Assembly (NCBI GenBank): GCA_964408025.1
Contig: CAYOXX010000002.1
Span: 97,711 to 161,710 of the forward strand
Source of the DNA: an uncultured Acidobacteriota bacterium
Lineage (GTDB): Bacteria > Acidobacteriota > DATKUA01
Reading direction: 5' to 3'
DNA: 64,000 nucleotides
A program made the position numbers and the translations under genes. Below are positions 9,298-19,228 of this stretch, in pieces (the first letter of the stretch is position 1; every line of letters starts with the position of its first letter). A model generated the notes under the pieces. It saw only the letters and a list, made by a program, of their open reading frames with translations. It was not told the origin of the DNA and did no database searches.

Positions 9298-10140
9298 ATG
9301 TGTCCCGTGATCCTTAATAGACCGCTCAGTTTCGCAAGCACGCTGCCTCTCACTCTCGCATTGTTACTCGCGCAGACAGCGGCATTTCCCCCGCCGGCCG
9401 GTGCTCAGGAGGCGGAAAGCCCCGTGGAGGAGATCACCAACTCCGTGGGCATGGTCCTCAGGCTGATACCTGCCGGCACGTTCATGATGGGCTCCGTTTC
9501 CGCCTACTCTGACATGGTGGAGTGGCCGGTTCACGAGGTGACGATCTCGCGACCGTTCTACATCGGCGTCTACGAGGTGACGCAGGAGGAATACGAGAGG
9601 GTGACGGGAACCAACCCCTCCTACTTCAGCGGCCCCAGGCGGCCGGTCGAAAGGGTCTCCTGGGAGGACGCCGTCGAGTTCTGCGAGAGACTCTCCGAAA
9701 TGGAGGGGGAAACTTACCGGCTGCCCACGGAGGCGGAGTGGGAGTACGCCTGCCGCGCCGGCACCACCACCGACTACTACTGGGGCGACGAGTTCGACGG
9801 GGACTACGCCTGGTACGAGAGCAACTGCGACGAGCAGACCCACGATGTGGGCCAGAAGCTGCCCAACCCCTGGGGCCTCTACGACATGTCGGGTAACGTC
9901 TGGGAGCACTGCTCCGACTGGGCCAGCCAGCGCTACTACCTGGTCTCGGAGTCGACCGATCCCCAGGGTCCCTACCGCGCCAGGTTCCGCGTCGCGCGCG
10001 GCGGCTCGTGGTACTACGACCGCTGGGTCGCTCGCTCACCGGCCCGCAACGGCTACATGCCGGGGCTGCGCATCCACTTCCTCGGCTTCCGCGTCGTCAG
10101 GGAGATCGAGGTGCCGATACGCCTCAACATCTTCCCCTAA
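9298..10140 (+). CDS. Formylglycine-generating enzyme (SUMF1/FGE-sulfatase) family protein, secreted. Start trimmed to MCPVILN...
   Basis: FGE-domain hallmarks (RVTGTNPSYF, RGGSW, WEWC-type Cys region). The track's first start is at 9199. Confidence 0.65.
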   Translation: MCPVILNRPLSFASTLPLTLALLLAQTAAFPPPAGAQEAESPVEEITNSVGMVLRLIPAGTFMMGSVSAYSDMVEWPVHEVTISRPFYIGVYEVTQEEYERVTGTNPSYFSGPRRPVERVSWEDAVEFCERLSEMEGETYRLPTEAEWEYACRAGTTTDYYWGDEFDGDYAWYESNCDEQTHDVGQKLPNPWGLYDMSGNVWEHCSDWASQRYYLVSESTDPQGPYRARFRVARGGSWYYDRWVARSPARNGYMPGLRIHFLGFRVVREIEVPIRLNIFP

Positions 10141-10147
10141 TCTCGAG

Positions 10148-10888
10148 CTAGCGCCGCAGGGGCGTCGTGACCTCCTCGAAGTCCGCGGGAACCTCGTAGA
10201 AGCCGGGCTCGACCTCGACGACGCGGATCAGCTCGACGGTCTGCTCGATCTCGTCACTGATGCTGCCCATGCTGATCGAGGTGGAGGTCCTGATCGGGTA
10301 TCCCTCCATCGCCCTCAGCTCGCGCAGGACACTCTGGTCCAGGAACGGGTTCTGCTCGAGGCCGACGGTCGACATCAGCCGCATAAAGACGTCCAGATCG
10401 AGCTCCGCCTCGGGGCTCATCCAGTAGTCGATGGTTATCTGCAGCTGCACGAAGTCGTCGCCGCGGGTCATGCTGCCGCGCCCGTGGAAGCGCAGCAGGC
10501 GGCAGGAGTAACCCGAGATCGCCGCCTCTTCGGCGCTCCGCTCGACGCGCCAGCTCACCTGCATCCGCTGTCGCATCATCGCCGCGGCGCGCTGGAAGTC
10601 GCTGCGCACTTGGCTCAGCGGGATGACGTAGTACTGGCGCTCCTCCCTGTCGATGGTGATCAGGCGGGAGTTGACGAGGTCGGTGATGTGCACCATCTGT
10701 TGGCCCGGCTCCTCGATCCGGATCGCCTGCTCGGCGATCCACATCCTGGTGACGCCGTTCTCCTCTCCGTCCTGGCTGGATTCACCGGAGTGGCGGCTCG
10801 ACTGCTCGATGTAGATGTCGGCCGCGGCCGGGGCCGCCGCCAGAACCGCCAGTGCCAGTGCGGCCAGCATGATTTGCGCAGTTCTCAT
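10148..10888 (-). CDS. Secreted hypothetical protein
   Basis: Signal peptide MRTAQIMLAALALAVLAAAPAAA. No family assigned. Confidence 0.45.
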   Translation of the reverse strand: MRTAQIMLAALALAVLAAAPAAADIYIEQSSRHSGESSQDGEENGVTRMWIAEQAIRIEEPGQQMVHITDLVNSRLITIDREERQYYVIPLSQVRSDFQRAAAMMRQRMQVSWRVERSAEEAAISGYSCRLLRFHGRGSMTRGDDFVQLQITIDYWMSPEAELDLDVFMRLMSTVGLEQNPFLDQSVLRELRAMEGYPIRTSTSISMGSISDEIEQTVELIRVVEVEPGFYEVPADFEEVTTPLRR

Positions 10889-10910
10889 TTTCGATTCTCC
10901 TGCGTTTAGG

Positions 10911-12263
10911 TCACCTCACGAGGGCGAGCGTGACGTCCATCAGGTTCGTCCCCGTTGGTCCGGTTAGGATCAAATCGTCCAGCTGTTCAAAGAAGCGATA
11001 TGAGTCGTTCCGGTCGAGCGCCTCGCGCGCTACGAGCCCCAGATCGCGGGCCCGGGCGACCGTGTCGCCGTCGGCCAGGGCACCCGCCGCGTCTGTGGGA
11101 CCGTCGATGCCGTCGGTCGAGCCGGCCAGGACGAGGCAGTCGGGCAATCCGGCCAGCTCGATGGCCGCCGCCAGCGCCAGCTCGCAGTTGCGGCCGCCGA
11201 GGCCTTCGCCGCGCACCGTCACCGTGGTCTCGCCGCCGGCGATGTGCGCGTAGGGGCGCGCGTTCGCCGTCAGGCTGCTCGACAGATCGCTTGCCCGCCG
11301 AGCCAGGTCGCGGCCCAGCTCTCTGGCCTCGCCCTCGAACGGGTCCAGCTCCGTCATCGTCCAGTAGCCGCGTGCCCTGAGCTCCGACTCCAACGCAGCC
11401 AGCGCGTCGCGGTTGCAGCCGACGACATAATTATCGTATGCGGCCAGCGCCGCATCGCCGAGCTTAGGCGTCTCAGCCATCCGGCCCTGCAGTCCCAGCC
11501 TCAGGTGCTTGGCGACGCTCTGTGGAATCTCCCCCTCCAAGCCGTGCTTGCCGATAACCGACCAGGCGTCGCCGAAGGTGCCGGGATCGGGTACGGTCGG
11601 CCCACTGGCGATGACGGCCGGGTCGTCGCCCGGCACGTCGGAGAGGTAGAGGCCGAGGGCGGCCGCAGGGAAGATCGCCCGCAGCAGCTGCCCGCCCTTG
11701 AGCGCGCTGATGTGCTTGCGCACCGTATTGAGTTCTGAGATCGGCGCGCCGGCCAGCAGCAGCAGCCGCACCGTCTCCCGCTTGTCTTCCAGCGTTATGC
11801 CCTTCGCAGGGAGGGAGAAGATCGCCGAGCCGCCGCCGCTGACCAGGCAAATGACAAGCTCGTTCTCTCCCGCCGCCTTCGCCGTCTCCAGGGCCACCAT
11901 GGCGGCCTCGACGTTCCGGGGGGTCGGCAGCGGATGGGTGCACTCCAACGCCGCGTACTTGTCGGGGAGCGGCCTCGGGAAAGAGTTCGACAGCACCACG
12001 CCGCTCTCGATCAGCCCGCCCATAACGCCCTCGAGCCCCTCGACCATGCCCGCGGCCGCCTTGCCGAAGGCGATGACGCGGATCCGCTCGAACGATCCCA
12101 CCTCGGCGACCCCGCCCATTACTCTCAGCCTCGAGCCTTCCAAGCGCAGCCGCTCCGCGAGCAACCGGCGGGGATCGATCTCTTCCAGCGCCGAACTGTA
12201 GGCGGCCAAGGCGTCAGCGCGCAGATCGCGGTCTCGCTCCACGCTAGCCTCTTCTACCATCAC
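10911..12263 (-). CDS. Glycerate 2-kinase / hydroxypyruvate reductase-like (MOFRL family)
   Basis: Characteristic MOFRL/GckA architecture and motifs (VSGGGSA, STDGIDGPTDAAG). Confidence 0.8.
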   Translation of the reverse strand: MMVEEASVERDRDLRADALAAYSSALEEIDPRRLLAERLRLEGSRLRVMGGVAEVGSFERIRVIAFGKAAAGMVEGLEGVMGGLIESGVVLSNSFPRPLPDKYAALECTHPLPTPRNVEAAMVALETAKAAGENELVICLVSGGGSAIFSLPAKGITLEDKRETVRLLLLAGAPISELNTVRKHISALKGGQLLRAIFPAAALGLYLSDVPGDDPAVIASGPTVPDPGTFGDAWSVIGKHGLEGEIPQSVAKHLRLGLQGRMAETPKLGDAALAAYDNYVVGCNRDALAALESELRARGYWTMTELDPFEGEARELGRDLARRASDLSSSLTANARPYAHIAGGETTVTVRGEGLGGRNCELALAAAIELAGLPDCLVLAGSTDGIDGPTDAAGALADGDTVARARDLGLVAREALDRNDSYRFFEQLDDLILTGPTGTNLMDVTLALVR

Positions 12264-12560
12264 CTAGAACCATACTACCTGTCTTGAGCAAGGATCATAC
12301 CAACCCGGCAAGCGAATGTGTCAAGGAACGTATACAACTCCAACGCGACCGGCCGCCGATAACTTACGCTTTCTCAAACATTTAGCATGCGCCACCTGAG
12401 GCTGACTCCGATGTCGTCCGCTCCCGCCACCCGGCCCAATCGATACACTGTCCAAACAAAGGGACAACATCCGTCGCGTGACGGCCCGCCTCACCCGTCG
12501 AGCGGCACAATAGCAGACTAAAGTCAAGCCCGCACACCCCCGATAAACAGTGAGAAGAGA

Positions 12561-14006
12561 ATGTCTTGCCGGGCTTCAGTGATGAAAATGCGGCCGCACG
12601 CGCATGGTCGCCTCCCAGCCCTCGATACCCCTCTGCCTTCCGTTCGGACCGTCGCGAAAATCGACTTTCTCGACGACCACTGGCTGGAGTGCCGACGCGG
12701 TCTGCGTCGCGCCTACAGCCAGGCCTTCAAGTCCCCCGCCAACCCAGTGGTCAGGCCGACCGAGCAGTGGGAGGAGAATCGGATTTACCTCTTCGGCTCC
12801 GTCCTGCCCGCCGGCAACAGCGGCTACCGGATGTGGTACCAGACCTGCTCGGATCGCCTGCGGGGCCCGGACAAGGCCTTGGTCTGCGTCGCCGACTCCC
12901 ACGACCTGGTCTCGTGGCGGAAACAAATAAACGGTTTCCTCCCGTTCCGCGACCAGAAGAAGACTAATATAGTCCTCAAGTGCTCCGGCCCCGCGCCCCT
13001 CTACTCGCCGTCCATCATCTTCGATGAGCGGGAGACCGATCCCGCCAAGCGCTTCAAGATGCTCTTCTGGGACAGCGGGCGCCCGAACGAGCGGCGCGGC
13101 GGTTGTGTCGCCTTTTCGCCCAATGGCCTCCGCTGGCGGCGCCACGCTTCGAACCCGGTTTTCTGCAATCCCAACGATGTCCTAGTGACCTCACTCGATC
13201 CCGACGGCGGCTACCTGTGCTACCAGACGCTCCTCGTCGAAGACACGAGCCAGGACCACCCGCGGGACAACCTGCGGGGCCGGCGCAGGATCATCGGCCT
13301 GCGCACCAGCGGCGACTTCGTCAACTGGAGCGAGTCGAAGCCTATCCTCAGTCCCGACGACTCCGACCCCGCGGACGCGCAGTTCTACGGCATGGCGGTC
13401 CACAGGGAAGGCGACCTGTGGATCGGCCTGCTCTGGACCTACCGCGCCGGCAGCCAGACCAGCGACGTCCAGCTCGCCTGGAGCCGCGACGGCCGCCGCT
13501 GGCAGCGGCCCCGGGAGCGCCGACCGCTGATACCCCTCGGCGACCCGAGGCAATTCGACTGCGGCCTCATCTTCACCGCCTCGTCGCCGGTCGAACTCGA
13601 CGGCCGGATACACATTCTCTACGGCGGCTTCGACGGGCCCCACGACTCGCGCACGCGCTCTGCGGCCATCGGCCTCGCATCGCTGCGGCGGGACGGCTGG
13701 TGCGCGCTGGCGGCGGGGGACGAATGGGGCGAGCTGACCACCACTCCCCTTCCTTTCCCACCGCAGACGCTGCGACTCAACATCGACGCCTCCAGCGGTT
13801 GCTGCGCCGGCGAAATAATCGACGTAGAGAGCGGAGCGCCGTTGCCGGGCTGCTCGCTACACGACTCCATCCCGATACAGGATATGAACTCGCTCGCGGC
13901 GCGACTCCGCTGGCAAAGCACTCCTCACCCATCACCGGAGCCGGGCGCATGGGCACTGCGGCTTCGCTTGCGCAACGCGAATCTATACGCAGTAAAAGCG
14001 CCCTGA
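12561..14006 (+). CDS. Putative beta-propeller glycoside hydrolase-like protein (GH43/GH130-like fold). Start uncertain
   Basis: Composition and motifs reminiscent of 5-bladed propeller glycosidases. Weak call. Confidence 0.4.
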   Translation: MSCRASVMKMRPHAHGRLPALDTPLPSVRTVAKIDFLDDHWLECRRGLRRAYSQAFKSPANPVVRPTEQWEENRIYLFGSVLPAGNSGYRMWYQTCSDRLRGPDKALVCVADSHDLVSWRKQINGFLPFRDQKKTNIVLKCSGPAPLYSPSIIFDERETDPAKRFKMLFWDSGRPNERRGGCVAFSPNGLRWRRHASNPVFCNPNDVLVTSLDPDGGYLCYQTLLVEDTSQDHPRDNLRGRRRIIGLRTSGDFVNWSESKPILSPDDSDPADAQFYGMAVHREGDLWIGLLWTYRAGSQTSDVQLAWSRDGRRWQRPRERRPLIPLGDPRQFDCGLIFTASSPVELDGRIHILYGGFDGPHDSRTRSAAIGLASLRRDGWCALAAGDEWGELTTTPLPFPPQTLRLNIDASSGCCAGEIIDVESGAPLPGCSLHDSIPIQDMNSLAARLRWQSTPHPSPEPGAWALRLRLRNANLYAVKAP

Positions 14007-14352
14007 CCTACGGTAGAAATATCATCAGGTCAACAAGTTCATAACATTGCTAATTTATAAATAGTTTTTACACAAAAAGGCAAACCGATACAAAGATGAC
14101 GGACACCAGGGGGGAGACCAGGGAGTGTGACTGTAGCAGTTGAATCCTGGTTGACACTTCGGGTCCTTTGGCCAGCAGATTCTGGGGCAGGGCTTATTCT
14201 TTGCGGCCAGCCTTAAAATGTCGAGGAAGGCAAAACTAGGCTTTTCATCTACATTGCATAATGATACCAGATTAGTTATAATACTTGCATTCAACAATAG
14301 ACAGGTGCATAACCCCTGAGCAAGAAGAGGCGAGCATCTCTGGAGGTCAGCA

Positions 14353-16245
14353 ATGAGTTCAACCCATCGTTCGATGTTTACAGCCTTCATAGCGATCGCA
14401 GCGTTGACGATGATGTGTGTCTGCCAAGCGATGTCTCAAGAAAGGGAAGATCGCCCGACGGGCGATCCATTGGATTATCCGGTGCTCCTGGTTCACGGCC
14501 TCGGCGAAGGCCCCGGCGAAGAGGCCTTCGGCAGCCTCCAAGAGTTGCTCGAATCCTACTATTTCGACGTCGAAGTGATGGACTTCAACAGTTATGCCGG
14601 CAACTCCATCGCCAGACACCGCGACGCCGGCAACCTGGGAACCCTCGCAGCTATCCTCGGGATCAGAATAAGGAGCGTACTGAAGCAGTACAACACCGAC
14701 AGGCTCCACATCGTCGCCCACAGCTACGGCGGCCTCATCGTCCAGGCGTACCTGCTGGATTACGGCGAGGATTACTCCTCGAAAAAGGGCGGCTACGGCG
14801 ACAACGTAGACAAGGTGGTCTACATCCAGGTGCCGTTCTACGGCGTGGTCACCGACGATGAGGAGACGCTGCGGCAGATCGTTGAGGACACAGACTACGG
14901 CCCCTACACCGACTGGCAGGAAATCATGCGTACCCTTGAACTCGGCAGCCAGTGGATTTACGACATGGATGTCGCTCTACGTATAGAGAACCTATATCGA
15001 GACGAGATTGACGCCATCACCCTGGTCGCCGGCGACGACGAGTTCGTCCCGCCGTTGTTCGGAACCCTCAACGCCTTCATGGAGAAAGGTAGGACCCATA
15101 CTTTCCACCGCTTCCGCATCTTCGACGGCCAGCAATGGGGTAACTACACGCACTCTCAACATCCTCTCAGCAAGACCAGGCAACGCGACTCACTAGCCTA
15201 CGTACAGAGCACGACCGACCCTGTTTTCCTCTCTATTGTCAGCTTCCTCGAGGGCGGAAACATATGGCGCAAGATCGGAATGATCAACCTGCCGACCGAT
15301 GTCATCGTCATGGTCAAATACGACAAGGTCAAGGGGTATAAGAATATCGGCGAGGGAGACGTAACTCTGACCCTCAAGAAAAAAGCAAAAGGCGGTAACG
15401 GTTCCAGGTCCGACGCTGCCCGCGCAGCCGGGAGCGGCGACGTTTCCAACGGCTACTTCAACTCGCGCTCACGGATCTTCGTCTTCTCCGACCTAGCGCC
15501 GGGCAGGTACGACATAAACATCAACAATCCTAAGGGAGAGGACTTTGAGCAAGGGTTTGAATTCTATCCGACTGACTTGAAATCCTACGCATATAACCCC
15601 AAGAAGAACGAACTCCGGGAAGGCGATGTGCAGGTTTCCGACCTCGAAGGGCTCTACACGCTCGGCGGGCTGGTCTATCCGGGCAACATGCAATCCGCGC
15701 TGGTAGTGAATATCGCCGGCCGTGGCCTGAATACCAACGGCTTCGCCATCGAATTCGACATCGAGAACGCCGATCCCCAGTGGTACGACAAGGGAGTGGT
15801 GTTCTCGATGATGAACCAGAACGGCCCGCTACCTCCGGGTGGGCGCCCTCGGGATAACGGCGCACGGCTAGAGTTCGTCATTCGCGGTACTAACGTCAAA
15901 CCAGGCACCAGCACTAAGCACGCCAGCAAGATTACCTTTTACCTAGTGGTAGATAAAAATCGAGATAATGTAAAGCAGTATCCGGGCGAAGGCGTAGAAT
16001 ACAAAACCAGCGAGACCTGGAACTGGATGCTGAGACATCACGTGAGGCTCACGGTTGAAACCATCAACGGAGTCTGCTGGGTCAAGTGCTGGGTGGACGG
16101 TGAATTCGTTTTCGATCTGGACAAGAGCGCTCCCTACTACAATCCGAACCCGGTCATCTACTTCGGCGGCTCCGAGTTCAACGTCGACTACCACGCGCCC
16201 AAAGGCGCCCGGCTGTCAAACTTCAGAATCTACAACCTCCAATAG
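14353..16245 (+). CDS. Secreted class-2 lipase-like alpha/beta hydrolase (AHSYGG nucleophile elbow) with a C-terminal beta-sandwich domain of roughly 250 aa. Lower GC than the flanks
   Basis: Signal peptide. The AHSYGG motif resembles the AHSMGG of Bacillus LipA. Confidence 0.6.
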   Translation: MSSTHRSMFTAFIAIAALTMMCVCQAMSQEREDRPTGDPLDYPVLLVHGLGEGPGEEAFGSLQELLESYYFDVEVMDFNSYAGNSIARHRDAGNLGTLAAILGIRIRSVLKQYNTDRLHIVAHSYGGLIVQAYLLDYGEDYSSKKGGYGDNVDKVVYIQVPFYGVVTDDEETLRQIVEDTDYGPYTDWQEIMRTLELGSQWIYDMDVALRIENLYRDEIDAITLVAGDDEFVPPLFGTLNAFMEKGRTHTFHRFRIFDGQQWGNYTHSQHPLSKTRQRDSLAYVQSTTDPVFLSIVSFLEGGNIWRKIGMINLPTDVIVMVKYDKVKGYKNIGEGDVTLTLKKKAKGGNGSRSDAARAAGSGDVSNGYFNSRSRIFVFSDLAPGRYDININNPKGEDFEQGFEFYPTDLKSYAYNPKKNELREGDVQVSDLEGLYTLGGLVYPGNMQSALVVNIAGRGLNTNGFAIEFDIENADPQWYDKGVVFSMMNQNGPLPPGGRPRDNGARLEFVIRGTNVKPGTSTKHASKITFYLVVDKNRDNVKQYPGEGVEYKTSETWNWMLRHHVRLTVETINGVCWVKCWVDGEFVFDLDKSAPYYNPNPVIYFGGSEFNVDYHAPKGARLSNFRIYNLQ

Positions 16246-16265
16246 ACGTCAGAGGAGGCTGGCTC

Positions 16266-16297
16266 AGAACCGCCGTAGGGATCGGCGGTTCTTGTGT
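16266..16297 (+). terminator. Rho-independent terminator-like hairpin (gaaccgccg...cggcggttc followed by TTGTGT)
   Basis: Stem-loop read from the sequence, just after the lipase stop codon. Confidence 0.4.
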
Positions 16298-16521
16298 ACA
16301 TAGCCCAGTTCGAAGTGCAGAAAAGTGGATAAGCGAGGGTTCTGCAGCGTATAGAGCCCTTAGGCACTTACATCGCCCTCAAAGGATCAGGGCAGATAGG
16401 GAGAATACTCCACTAAATTCTTCGAGAGCAGAAAAAGGACATCTCTTCATCTCTGTGGTGGCCGATGTAATATAAAGTGTCTCGATTCAGGAATGGTACC
16501 CTGCCATCCCACCCCGTTCCG

Positions 16522-16590
16522 CTGCCCCGTGACAGGGGCAGCTTCGCTCCTAGATTGATAATGCCATAAGGGATCGCTTTATGGGCAGGT
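16522..16590 (+). repeat. Copy X of a dispersed intergenic element (ctgccccgtgacaggggcag cttcgctcctagattgataa...). A related TTTATGGGTGGGG motif sits at 16696-16714
   Basis: Aligns with the copies at 18965-19065 and 27718-27814. Confidence 0.5.
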
Positions 16591-16924
16591 TGCGAGAGGA
16601 GAATACCTCTTCTCTGTAGAGCATCTGAGTGGGGTGGGCAATTTCTTAAAAGATTCTTGTCCGCTTTCGATACTAGCAGAGTTTAGTTAGGTGTGTCGCA
16701 TTTATGGGTGGGGATTCAGTATCAGCAATCCTTCTGAGCCTGCCGGAAACCTAGGGATCATTGACATGGCAATTGAGCTAACAGCACAAGTTCTATCATC
16801 CTATACAGTGGCTAGCGTTAACTAAGCCATGCCAAAACTATGAAAGGAGGTCAAGGAACGGAGGCTTAAAGTAACTCTTATGGAATCTAAGATCCAATTG
16901 GTGTGCTGGAGAAAGGAGATGCAA

Positions 16925-18772
16925 ATGAAAAAGCTACTATTTGTCAGTTTCTCACTATCACTATTAGCCTGTTGTTTCGTAATCCCGATTTCAATAGCTC
17001 AGGAGGCGGAATGGGTTGATGTTAGCACACTAGGCCCTTCAGTTCGTGCAACACCCGCAATGGTCTATGACGAAGAAAATAATGTAGGAGTACTTTTTGG
17101 TGGGGGGGCTAACATAGGTGGGATTCATAATGATTATGGTGATACTTGGATATGGGATAGTAGTACTAGAACATGGACTGAGGTTACACCAACAGATCCA
17201 GAATCATCACCTTCCAAACGTAGAGTAGCTGGAATGGCTTACTATAGTAATGGAAAAGCGATTCTTTTTGGTGGAATTACCGGCACTGGTGGAACTACCG
17301 TCATTCACTATGATACTTGGATATGGGATAGTAGTACTAGAACATGGAATGATGTTACTCCAGAGGACGTTGATGATAGAGTAGCAAATGGCACATGGCC
17401 TGCTAAACGTGGTTTAACTAAATTAGCTTATGATAGTGCTAGAGATAGAGTAGTACTTTTTGGAGGATGGGATGGATATAACTATTTTGGTGATACATGG
17501 GAATGGGATGATGACAATAGAATATGGATAGATGTAACTCCTTCTGGCGATTCTCCATCTGGGAGATATAGCCATGATATGGCCTATGATGGTGTTAATG
17601 GAATTGTCCTCTTTGGTGGAAATGACCGGGTGGTACGTGGTGATACTTGGATATGGGATGGTACTAATTGGCAAGAAGTCACTCCTGAAATAGGACCATC
17701 ACCTTCTAGGCGTGAGTCGCCTGCAATGGCTTATGACAGCACGAGCAACAGAGTGATCCTCTTTGGGGGACTGCATTATGATCCAAAAGAGTTCAAAGAC
17801 GACACTTGGGAATGGGACGGTAATACGAGAACATGGACTGATATCAGCACACCAGGACCAGATGCCCGCCTATATCATGCGATGGCCTATGATAGCGAAA
17901 ATAGTGTGATGGTTCTTTTTGGAGGAGTATATGACCCATTGGTTTTTTTAGATGACACATGGGAATACGGCCCTGTTTGTATAGAAAACGAAATAACCGC
18001 CACGGATCCGGACGGCAACAGTAACTATTGTTCATCAATTCAAGAGGCTGTCGATTTAGTCGACGGTGAAGGCTGGGAGATTACCGTTGGATCTGGCGAG
18101 TATGATGAATACGTCCTGATCCGTGGGAAAGTAAACCTCGCTATCAGAACATCATGCGCTGCTGAAGTAAAAGGCTTTATGCTCCAAAAATGCAACAACA
18201 TCACAATTGACGGCTTCACAATTGATGCAGAGGGCTCAGGTGCTAACGGCGTCACGCTGATGGGCGGCAATAACGATAATAGCGACGTCACCATCACTAA
18301 CTGCGATATCCACGGAGCTGGCAACAGCTACAGCGGCATCAAAGCGGCGCGGGGCAATCCCAACACAACAATCATTGGTAACCACATCCATCACAATGGC
18401 CGCAACGGGATAGTATTTATCGATGCCGCAGGTGGGCCGCACTTCATTACAAACAACGTCATCGAAGCAAATGGTTGGAATGGATTGAAAGTCGCCCGGC
18501 AACACGAGATCACTCTGACCGGTAACACGATCACAGCCAATGGCACAAGATCAGGTACTACTGGAGGCCGCTATGGAGTTCTCCGCGAGCGAACTACCGG
18601 GACAGGCTGGCCGGAAGGGATCACGCTCATCAACAACGTAATAACTGATAACAACGGGACGGTCCAGACAGGAAAGAGCTCAATTGATCTCGGAAACTAC
18701 GACCAGATGCTGGATGAGACAGACAGCGGCAACACTACAACCTCTGGAGACGAAGGACCTGGCGTGAGCTAG
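16925..18772 (+). CDS. Secreted Kelch-repeat beta-propeller protein fused to a right-handed parallel beta-helix (pectate-lyase-like) domain. Very AT-rich
   Basis: Repeated motifs GDTWIWD and LFGG (Kelch) in the N-terminal half. NxxITxN/GNxI beta-helix repeats in the C-terminal half. Shine-Dalgarno AAAGGAG lies 6 nt before the ATG at 16925. Confidence 0.65.
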   Translation: MKKLLFVSFSLSLLACCFVIPISIAQEAEWVDVSTLGPSVRATPAMVYDEENNVGVLFGGGANIGGIHNDYGDTWIWDSSTRTWTEVTPTDPESSPSKRRVAGMAYYSNGKAILFGGITGTGGTTVIHYDTWIWDSSTRTWNDVTPEDVDDRVANGTWPAKRGLTKLAYDSARDRVVLFGGWDGYNYFGDTWEWDDDNRIWIDVTPSGDSPSGRYSHDMAYDGVNGIVLFGGNDRVVRGDTWIWDGTNWQEVTPEIGPSPSRRESPAMAYDSTSNRVILFGGLHYDPKEFKDDTWEWDGNTRTWTDISTPGPDARLYHAMAYDSENSVMVLFGGVYDPLVFLDDTWEYGPVCIENEITATDPDGNSNYCSSIQEAVDLVDGEGWEITVGSGEYDEYVLIRGKVNLAIRTSCAAEVKGFMLQKCNNITIDGFTIDAEGSGANGVTLMGGNNDNSDVTITNCDIHGAGNSYSGIKAARGNPNTTIIGNHIHHNGRNGIVFIDAAGGPHFITNNVIEANGWNGLKVARQHEITLTGNTITANGTRSGTTGGRYGVLRERTTGTGWPEGITLINNVITDNNGTVQTGKSSIDLGNYDQMLDETDSGNTTTSGDEGPGVS

Positions 18773-18799
18773 TACATCCCTTCAGTGCGAAAATATATT

Positions 18800-18831
18800 G
18801 AGGCCGCCTGAAAAACGGCGGCCTCGTTTTA
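18800..18831 (+). terminator. Rho-independent terminator (gaggccgcc, loop tgaaaaac, ggcggcctc, then GTTTT)
   Basis: Perfect 9-bp stem followed by a T-run, downstream of the stop at 18772. Confidence 0.6.
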
Positions 18832-18964
18832 ACTTCCTGATGATATTGACCAAAGGAACATGTCTTTCTTACCAAACTCTCATCTCTACAATAACTAGCG
18901 CATCCTCTGAGAACCGCTTTCTCGGTAAAGGGAACATTGTGACCATCCGTCCTTTTACAATTAG

Positions 18965-19065
18965 CTGCCCCACGACACCAGCAGCTACGCCCACAGGCTG
19001 ATAGCTGCAGTAGAGTTTGTAAGGGCGGATAACCGCGGAGGGGTGAGATTTGCGGTGGGGGGCAG
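18965..19065 (+). repeat. Copy Z of a roughly 100-bp intergenic element with 7-bp terminal inverted repeats (CTGCCCC ... GGGGCAG)
   Basis: Shares a ctgcccc head, an atagctg core and a 22-bp exact block ggggtgagatttgcggtgggg with copy Y. Confidence 0.55.
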
Positions 19066-19228
19066 AATGTTTGTTTGGTCCTGTGCTTTGGTTGTGTGAG
19101 CCTCTTCCGTCAGGGTTGGATGGAGTCTTCAGCTATGGTTTCAATTGCTTTCAAAAGCCGGGTTAGCTAGTCTGGGAACGGTAAAGAAATCAATCCCATG
19201 TCAAATTCCTAACACGAGGGGAAAAGAA

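Noticed and set aside
16522-19065. Integron attC interpretation of the X/Y/Z repeats
   Set aside because: No R''/R' core sites (RYYYAAC / GTTRRRY) and no intI in the window. Kept only as one of several hypotheses in the findings.
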